A stretch of DNA of 64,000 nt from an uncultured Methanosarcinaceae archaeon (GTDB lineage Archaea > Halobacteriota > Methanosarcinia > Methanosarcinales > Methanosarcinaceae), in contig CAWHXP010000003.1 of the NCBI GenBank assembly GCA_963833425.1, forward strand, positions 416,001 through 480,000. The letters are read 5' to 3'. This document shows, in pieces, positions 56,842-64,000 of the stretch (positions are counted from its first letter, which is position 1; every line of letters begins with the position of its first letter). Under the pieces are notes generated by a model, which searched no databases, had not been told where the DNA came from, and saw nothing but the letters and a program-made list of their open reading frames with translations. Made by a program: the position numbers and the translations under genes.

Positions 56842-57015
56842 CTAATCCATATAGAGTATTACCTTTTCCGTTCCAAGGAAAAAAAAATCATGTGGGTTAA
56901 TTTCAATTGCTTGGTCATATGCTTTTATTGCTTCTTCATACTTGCTCAAATTATCAACAGCAGATCCTTTATTGTACCAAGCATCTGAGTCCTGCGTCGC
57001 TCCTGCGATCTCTGC
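56842..57015 (-). pseudogene. TPR-protein remnant
   Basis: IAGATQDSDAWYNKG..YEEAIKAYDQAIEINPHD. Confidence 0.65.
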
Positions 57016-57074
57016 TAAGCATAATCCCATTAAATAAAGGATTAAGCAAGCAAATCAAAATGTAAAATAATTTT

Positions 57075-57103
57075 TATATATATATATATATATATAGATA
57101 TAT
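57075..57103. repeat. (TA)n microsatellite
   Basis: About 11 consecutive TA units. Confidence 0.85.
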
Positions 57104-57247
57104 CTAGTAGAGGTATGTACTTTGATTGATATCCATGTTGATTAGACAATCTAGCTCTTGATCACTGCTAAAGCATGGATTGTGAATTTTCTTTGAATTT
57201 ATCAATCGTCCAACACCTAAATTTCAGTAAAAATTAATGCTTAAACT

Positions 57248-58100
57248 GGTTCCGTTGCAAAAAATTATGAGGGGGATTTACTGAAATAAGTGAAAATTTA
57301 GGAGTATATCTTATGCCAGTAAATTTCTTTAAATGGAAACATTATGAAGGAGAAAATTATCTTATTAAACGTAAGATGGTTTTAAAATATGCATTAAGCT
57401 ATAGAAATTTAAATGAAATGATTCAGAAAGGGGAATAAAAGTCGACCATACAACAATCATGAGATGGGTACACCAATATTCACCTGAAATAAAAAAGAAG
57501 ATAAAAAAGCACTTAAGACCAACTAATGATTCATGGAGAGTTGATGAAACTTATATAAAAGTAAAAGGTAAATGGAAATATATTTCCAGAGCAATTGACT
57601 CAGATGGAAACACAATCGATTTCTTGCTAAGCTCAAAACGAAATAAAAAAACTGCAAAGAGATTCCTTAAGAAAGCTTTAGGTTCACATCACAATCAAAT
57701 GCCAAAAGTAATAACAGTTGATAAGAATCCAGCTTATCCGATAGCCATTGATGAATTGAAAAATAAAAACAGTTCTCTAGAAGTGTTGAAATTAGACAAG
57801 TAAAACATTTGAATAACATTATAGAACAAAATCATAGATCTATAAAGCGGATAATTGCTCCAATGATGAGCTTCCAGTCTTTTCGCTCACAAGCAAGACT
57901 TTAAAAGGAATTGAAGCTATGAATATGGTTAAAAAAAGACAAGTCAATAATATAAATTATTCTGGTCTTAATGAAGCTAAAAATATTTATAAATTATTTA
58001 GAATAGTTCTATGAATATTGGTACATTCCCTCGAATATTTTGACTTTTGTTCATAATCCATATATTCACATTCCTATTCTGATATTTTTGCAACAGAACC
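57248..58100 (+). mobile_element. IS6-family element, transposase frameshifted
   Basis: TIRs ggttccgttgcaaaaa / tttttgcaacagaacc; FKWKHYEGE, WRVDETYIKVKGKW and ITVDKNPAYP. Confidence 0.93.
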
Positions 58101-58139
58101 AAAAATTTTGCAAATTGCCCTCTTGATATATAACTTTGG

Positions 58140-58712
58140 CCAATTGGGCTGAATCGCCAATAAAATACAATTCCGCTTGTGAGACCCACACGACCACAGC
58201 TAAATTTGTTTGCGCTGATTATGCCCATCATTTTAAATTTCGACACTTTGTGGGATATGGAGGCTAATGAACGTGGTTGTTTTTCTCCAAATCGGCACAT
58301 ATCTGCATAGATCCAGTACACATCACCGATAACAATGAATTTTCTTTTTTAAGATATTTTTCGGCATTCAACATGGCCAGCAAAATAAATTTTTCATGAA
58401 AAGGCATGTTCAATACAAACTGCAGTCTGACATTTTCTTTTATTTATTTATGCTGCATCATTACATAACCAGGCTAAACATTTTCACACTTTGTTTTTAT
58501 AGCGATATTACCAGCTGTCTGTAGTAAGAAAATTGCTCGTCTAGCATCACCTTCATCATTTGCAGATTCTTCAGCACATAGCTCAAATGTGCTTTTAAAA
58601 ACTACATCCGGATAAAATGCCAACGGAACTCTGCTATTCAAAATATCTATTAATTGTACTTTATTATAAGGTGGAAAGTCGTTTCTCGCTGCATTGATGA
58701 ATTTTGACTTAA
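58140..58712 (-). pseudogene. Second orc1/cdc6 remnant (AAA lid plus winged helix)
   Basis: FPPYNKVQLIDILNSRVPLAF..ELCAEESANDEGDARRAIFLL, then IGDVYWIYADMC...MMGIISA..GRVGLT. Confidence 0.75.
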
Positions 58713-58714
58713 TT

Positions 58715-58882
58715 GAGTTTCATCAATTAAGAAATCAATTTCAGCAAGTTTGCCTCCAGTTAATTGAAGGAATTTGTATCGATATTAAAGAGCAAATCAG
58801 AAAAGTTTTCGAGAGTAAAAATTATTGTTAAGAGATTTAATATCTCAAATAATCAAATGCATAGAAATCAATCGGAATTCTC
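58715..58882 (-). mobile_element. IS5 left-end fragment, inverted relative to the 59905 copy
   Basis: Reverse complement nearly identical to 59950-60072; TIR-like gagaattccgat at 58882. Confidence 0.8.
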
Positions 58883-59010
58883 GATATCGTAAATATAAAA
58901 TTAATTTAGATATATATTAGTAAACTATATATTGGTTTAATTATAACATTGTACTTATACAATTAATCCTAAAAATTGTGTGAATCCCTCATAAAAAAGG
59001 AGTTAAATAA

Positions 59011-59409
59011 ATGTTGAAACAATTATCTGGAAGAATGGAAAAGATACTAGCAGTTTTGCTGGCATTACTTTTTGTAGTATCGTTGACAGCAGTGGCATCT
59101 AATGCAAGTGACGCCTGGGATGGTTGGGGAGGATCTGGATCTGGATGGGGTTATGGCTATTCCTATGTATACCCCAGCTACCCTAATTACCCTAACTACC
59201 CCAACTACCCCAGTTACCCTAACTACACTAGTTACCCTAATTATCCAAACTACCCCAACTACCCTAGTTATCCTAACTACACTAGTTACCCTAATTATCC
59301 TAACTACACTAGTTACCCTAATTATCCTAACTACCCCAGTTATCCTAATTATCCTAACTACCCTAGTTATCCAAACTACCCTAACTACCCTTACATAGCT
59401 TCATATTGA
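59011..59409 (+). CDS. Small secreted Tyr-Pro-Asn repeat protein
   Basis: RBS aggag; signal peptide; WDGWGGSGSGWGYG; about 25 Y-(P/T)-(N/S) triplets (9-nt repeat 59170-59394) with synonymous third-position variation. Confidence 0.88.
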   Translation: MLKQLSGRMEKILAVLLALLFVVSLTAVASNASDAWDGWGGSGSGWGYGYSYVYPSYPNYPNYPNYPSYPNYTSYPNYPNYPNYPSYPNYTSYPNYPNYTSYPNYPNYPSYPNYPNYPSYPNYPNYPYIASY

Positions 59410-59520
59410 TGGCTCCAACTTCAGCTCTACCTCAATAAAACGGCGAATTACAAGTCGTAAATTTATTAATTACAAAAATAACATTAGATCAAATGACATC
59501 TTTTACAGAGATATTTTACA

Positions 59521-59640
59521 GAGAATTCCGATTTACATCGAATTTTTTCCCATGGGAACCTTATCAAAATCTTTCCCGTCAATTTATTTATTTTCCTTAT
59601 TTTTTTCTCCTCGCTCATTATTCCTTGATTTTAAAGAGAA
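59521..59640 (-). mobile_element. IS5 right-end fragment
   Basis: Reverse complement aligns with 10375-10495 (ctttaaaatcaa...atcggaattctc). Confidence 0.65.
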
Positions 59641-59904
59641 ATTCCAATAATTGGTAACGTATGGTTGAGCGGTACTAAAATATACATAAATCAAATAAGT
59701 TCCTTACTGCCCGTATGCAACGCATTTTAAGGAAATCTTCGCTTACAACGGAGACATGATTCAAATCATACATCAAGATTATTGCTTCGATTGTTCAATC
59801 TTCTTCCAATTCTTTCCGGAAATACGTATCAATCTTCCTATAATCTTTTGTTGCAGTCGTTTGCATACGTCTTCTATTAAGTGAGGAATCGTGATAAATT
59901 AAGA

Positions 59905-61049
59905 GAGAATTGCAATAAACCCTATACAGTCGAAAAATGTGGAGTTTAAAATCTCTCAACAATAATTTTTGCTCATGAAAACTTTTTCTGATTTGCTCTT
60001 TAATATCGATACAAATTCCTTCAATTAACTGGAGGCAAATTTGCTGAAATTGATTTCTTAAATTGATTGGAAATACTTTCATATCATTATTTAGTCGATT
60101 TATTTTAACAAAACAATTTAATGTAGCATATTTGAAGCTAACATTATATTATGTTTAGACTTATTTTTTTACAGCAATGTCATGGTCTTTCCGACTTTGC
60201 AATTGAGAAACAATGTTATGATCGAATTTCTTTAAGGAAATTTCTTAGTGTTCCTTAGTACATTTCAGATAGTAACACAGGCTATTCATTCAGAAAAAGA
60301 ATTATTGATAACAGCGAAGAAGAAGAAATGTGGAGGCATTTTCAAAGCCAACTTTATTGCCTTGTTTTGAAAATAAAAAAAATTAAATGATTCAGGAAGA
60401 TGTTTTTATCCATTCAGATCCTGACATTCAAAAGCTGATAAACTTCGAAAAGTGAAGCGAAGAACAGGAAAGCATAGATGGAAATCAACCAAAAATGAAT
60501 CGTAAGTTTCACTTTGGATATAAATTCCATAGCTAATAGACGGGAATTATGAGCTGATCAGAAGATTCAAAATAACAATTGCAACATTTCACGATTCGTA
60601 TGCAGATTTCTCAGAAAAAAAATAAAGCAATTTATAGAACAGAGTAATACTTTGAAGCAAAATCAAAAAGTCATGATGCAACAATGAAAAGAGCAGTAGA
60701 AGAATATCAGCTGGGAAAAAATGCTGCATCAAGAAAGAAGAGAATTAGCTCAAAAAGAGCTACAAGGAAACGAGTTTATGCAGTAACTAAAGAGATATTC
60801 AAAGCGGGAAAAATTCTTTTCATTACTGTTCAAAGAGTGAATCGGAAGATGTTGTTTACAGCTTTTTCTTATAATCTCTATCTTTGATGACGTTAGATAT
60901 AGAAGGATTATTTCTAGGATAGCAGAATCTGTAGTTGAAATCAAAGAATAATGAATCCGAAAAGAAAAGAATAGAGTTAGATACAGAAATTAGTGGGAAA
61001 GGGAAAGGATTACTTCCGATAAAAAATTAGAGATACATTGGAATCCCCC
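59905..61049 (+). mobile_element. Heavily decayed IS5 copy, relative of the 9360 element
   Basis: TIR-like gagaattgcaataaaccc; ATG at 59975; HGLSDFAIEKQCYDRISLRKFL, HFGYK and VYAVTKEIFKAG. Confidence 0.88.
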
Positions 61050-61427
61050 TATTCCTTACAATTTTGCAGCTATTAGTTTGCAATTTATCGTACCTGAATT
61101 CTGGGATATACACAGATAAGCAATTTATTTGGCCATTTATTCGTCATCATTCATTGAAAGTTGGATTAATTCCTAAGCTACGGTAATATTGAGAAAATAG
61201 ATAACATTCTTGAGATATTGAAGAAAAGGGGCATTACTACTAAATTACATTCTCCAGTTAGGGTCCTCAAGACAAAGAGAATAAATCCAACAAGATCTGA
61301 ATCTAATAAGTTACAAAGCCTCAGGTTTCAGCAATTGCAAAAAATTATTTTTATAAGAACTTGAATGTCTGTAACGACTTGAAATTTGTGTTTGGCTGAA
61401 GATCTGTATTTTATTAGTATCCCTCTT

Positions 61428-61509
61428 GAAAATTTAGACAAACCTTCAATTTTGTCATGTGCTATGCGATAAGTGACTCGTGAAAATAAGAAGTTATCTA
61501 AATCACCTC
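61428..61509 (-). mobile_element. MITE copy, degenerate
   Basis: aatttagacaaaccttcaattttgtcat...gtgactcgtgaaaataagaagttatctaaatcacctc. Confidence 0.6.
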
Positions 61510-61629
61510 TTGAACCTAATTTATTGTAAAAGATGCATTTCGGAGTTTGCAATAAAAACTGAAATATCATGAAACTCCGAAGCTGCATGATAGAATTATT
61601 TTATTAATGTCTCGAATGGAGGCTTAAAA

Positions 61630-62998
61630 ATGGATGAAAAAATTGTGCTCTGCCTTGAGGAGTTAAATAGAGAACTCAACGATTTTGAAAAAAATGATAT
61701 CAGTGCAGAGTATAATAAATGTCTTGCCTTCCGCGCGCCGCAAGATGTTTCAAAAGAGAGTATCCTACGCAATTTAGGAGAAAAAACGAAAGTCCTAAAG
61801 GTAAAGGATCTTTCAGCTAACCTGAAGAATTTAGAAATTACCGGCAGTATCCTGGACCTTGGAGAAAAAACAATCCGTCCTCAGGATAGAACTAAGGAAG
61901 AAACTTATAAGATTTATATTTGGGGCCTTGCAGATGAAACGGGTTCGGTTATGTTTTCATCATGGAAATATCTCCCAGGTTCGATAGGAGATATAGTCAC
62001 TATCAAAAACGCTTATATACGCGCTTGGCAGAAAAAGATCAGACTTTTTATCGGGAAACAAGCTCTTGTATCGAAAATTGCTGACTCGTCGCTTATGAAA
62101 CTATCTAAGCTTTCCGAGAGCCAGTCAAAAAAGTTGCTAGATATCGGAGCTACGATTTCTTCCTTTGGGACTGTAGCCTGCGTTCTTCAGCTTTCAAACA
62201 AGGAGGTGCTGGTTAGGAGGGCATAGGTTTAGAGTTGTATAAGGTGTTCTCGCGGATGAGACTGGAAGAGTGCCTTTCACATCCTGGATTGAGCTTCCGA
62301 AGATTGATCTCGGGAGTATAATCCACATAGAAGGAGCTCAGATCCGATGTTCAGGGGAATACCTTCAGTCAACATCCTGACTGCACAAAAGTTTCTTCTA
62401 TTGAGCTGGAAGAGGCCAGAAAACTTGCCTTCACCTTCGAATCCGTAGGAAAAGATCCTGCTCTATTAGAATCGAATAAATTGTCTCAAAAGGCATTATG
62501 TTCGATGTTATCACAGCGGGAAATGTGATTTTAGTCCAACCAAGCTCAGGTATTACCTCCCGCTGCCCAAAATGTGACCGTGCGATCCAAAAAGCAAGCT
62601 TCAGGGCTCATGACAAGGTAGAAGGCCTAAGGGACATGCGGATCAACGCCATACTTGATGACGGAACAGGATCCATTTCAGTTATGTTCCCTAGAGAATT
62701 TTCTGAAATTATTTATGGAAAAACCCTTGAAGAAACCGAAAAGCTAATTTTTTCTGATGTCTCTAAAGATGCGGTCTACGAAGACTTAATATATTCCCTT
62801 ACAGGCCGCTACATTGCAGTTAGTGGGAATTCCTCTAAAGGCGAATATGGAATTTTCTTAGTAGCTGAAAAAGCCTGGGTACCTGAAGATGATCTTGTGG
62901 TAAGGGTATTGGAATTGCTTCACAGGCTCTGGCCGGATGAAGAAGATGTGCAGGACAGGAATTCACAGGTTTCCAGTGGGAGAGTAGGCTTTGTTTAA
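61630..62998 (+). pseudogene. Replication protein A (OB folds plus zinc finger; RPA3-like) pseudogene
   Basis: GLADETG, GVLADETGRVPFTSW, RCPKCDR..RAH and ILDDGTG; in-frame TAG (62224) and TAA (62240) plus frameshifts. Confidence 0.85.
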
Positions 62999-63608
62999 AC
63001 GAGAGGTTGCAAAAACTCTTTTTGCAAGAAAATTTGAAGCTTTTAGAGAGCTTGAAAAATCAGTAATCTCTGATTCTGAAGCAGCTGATTCAAAAAATCC
63101 GAATCTTTTTATTAGCCCTGTTGGCCTCATTCTCAATCGTGTATTCATTGTTGGAGTGATCACGAGACTGCAGAGCAGACAATTGAGAGACTCGAGGCTT
63201 TTTCTGAAGCTCTGGCTAGCGGATATCATGGAGAAAAAAAAATCAGGGAATACTTGATCAAGAGAGGGATTTCTTCAGATCTTGCAGAAGGAATTTCCAT
63301 CGAACTCGAAAAGGAACACCCTCCTCAGGAATTTATGAAATTGCTTCGAGTTTCAATCAGAGAAAGTCTCCAGATCCTTAAATTTTGATCAAGAGGGTAA
63401 TGCAGGATCCAAGGCTGATCAGAAAGAGTTTGTGCTTGAGCTACTTAGAGAAATAGGTGGACACAGAGGAGTTGACTACGCAGCTTTTGTGAACACAGCA
63501 ATTTCCAATGGGATTACTTACCAATCTATAGATGAAGTTGTTCGTTCTCTCCTTGCAGATGGCCAGTGTTACGAACCGAAAATAGGAATAATCAGACTCA
63601 TCAGTTGA
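62991..63608 (+). pseudogene. RPA-associated OB-fold/winged-helix protein, disrupted
   Basis: KREVAK.LFA..F, PNLFISPVGLILNRVFIVGVIT; C-terminal LLADGQCYEPKIGIIRL in another frame. Confidence 0.75.
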
Positions 63609-63751
63609 TTGTGTAGTCCAGATTAACTTTGATAAATACCGAGATGATTCTAACTTTCTTTAAACATAGGTGATAATGCTTAAGTGTGATTAAGTTGATT
63701 TATTTCTTTGTTAAAATTTAATGGATCAAGTTTATCTTATTTATTGGAGAA

Positions 63752-64000
63752 ATGGACATGAAAATATTGGTCAGCGACTCACTTTCTAACGAAGGATTGG
63801 AGATATTAAAAGAACATTTTGAAGTTGAAGTGTCCTTAGGGCTTTCAGAGGAAGAGCTTGTGAAAAAAATCAAAGAATTTGATGCCCTTGTAATACGAAG
63901 TGGAACTCAGGTCACTCAGAAAATTATCGAAGCTGCCGACAACCTGAAAGTAATTGGAAGGGCTGGGGTTGGAGTTGACAACGTTGATGTGGATGCAGCT
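63752..64000 (+). CDS. serA: D-3-phosphoglycerate dehydrogenase, N-terminal part (runs off window)
   Basis: MKILVSDSLSNEGLEIL..DALVIRSGTQVT..LKVIGRAGVGVDNVDVDAA. Confidence 0.95.
   Translation, partial: MDMKILVSDSLSNEGLEILKEHFEVEVSLGLSEEELVKKIKEFDALVIRSGTQVTQKIIEAADNLKVIGRAGVGVDNVDVDAA

Noticed and set aside
59102..59398. Thr/Leu-rich alternate-frame ORF
   Set aside because: The +1 frame of the YPN repeat; the signal peptide and RBS support the YPN frame.
62224..62242. Pyrrolysine read-through of the TAG in rpa
   Set aside because: An in-frame TAA follows five codons later and further frameshifts exist.

Overview
Archaeal chromosomal window, almost certainly Methanosarcina or a close Methanosarcinaceae relative, judged from gene order and protein similarity. 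It has two kinds of region. The conserved core blocks are rpl10e-eIF2beta-radical-SAM-like gene, a SAMP, tRNA-Val/Phe/Gly, the rpl18e-rpl13-rps9-rpoN-tRNA-Pro-rpoK-rps2-MEMO-mvk-ipk-fni-rnj-idsA superoperon, and the start of serA. The AT-rich accessory regions (about 8-35.8 kb, 38.6-45 kb and 55.3-61.5 kb) are full of decayed IS5, IS6, IS200, IS256, IS701 and IS110 copies, a ~90-bp MITE family, two orc1/cdc6 relics and many exported or surface proteins. The most interesting signals are: (i) a 205-aa secreted beta-rich protein and a 5xPKD protein that share a signal peptide plus a mature N-terminal strand, a candidate donor-strand fibre system; (ii) near-identical PKD cassettes, with their 3' flank, shared between that PKD gene and a 1.9k-aa YVTN adhesin; (iii) a family of small secreted Gly/Trp/Tyr-rich proteins, one with about 25 Y-P/T-N/S triplets and flanked by IS5 ends; (iv) an intact radical-SAM/SPASM homologue lacking its Fe-S cysteines. 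Several housekeeping genes in the first 6.4 kb carry single-base frameshifts that may be sequencing errors. No CRISPR array, rRNA or reverse transcriptase was seen. All calls come from reading the sequence; no searches were run.
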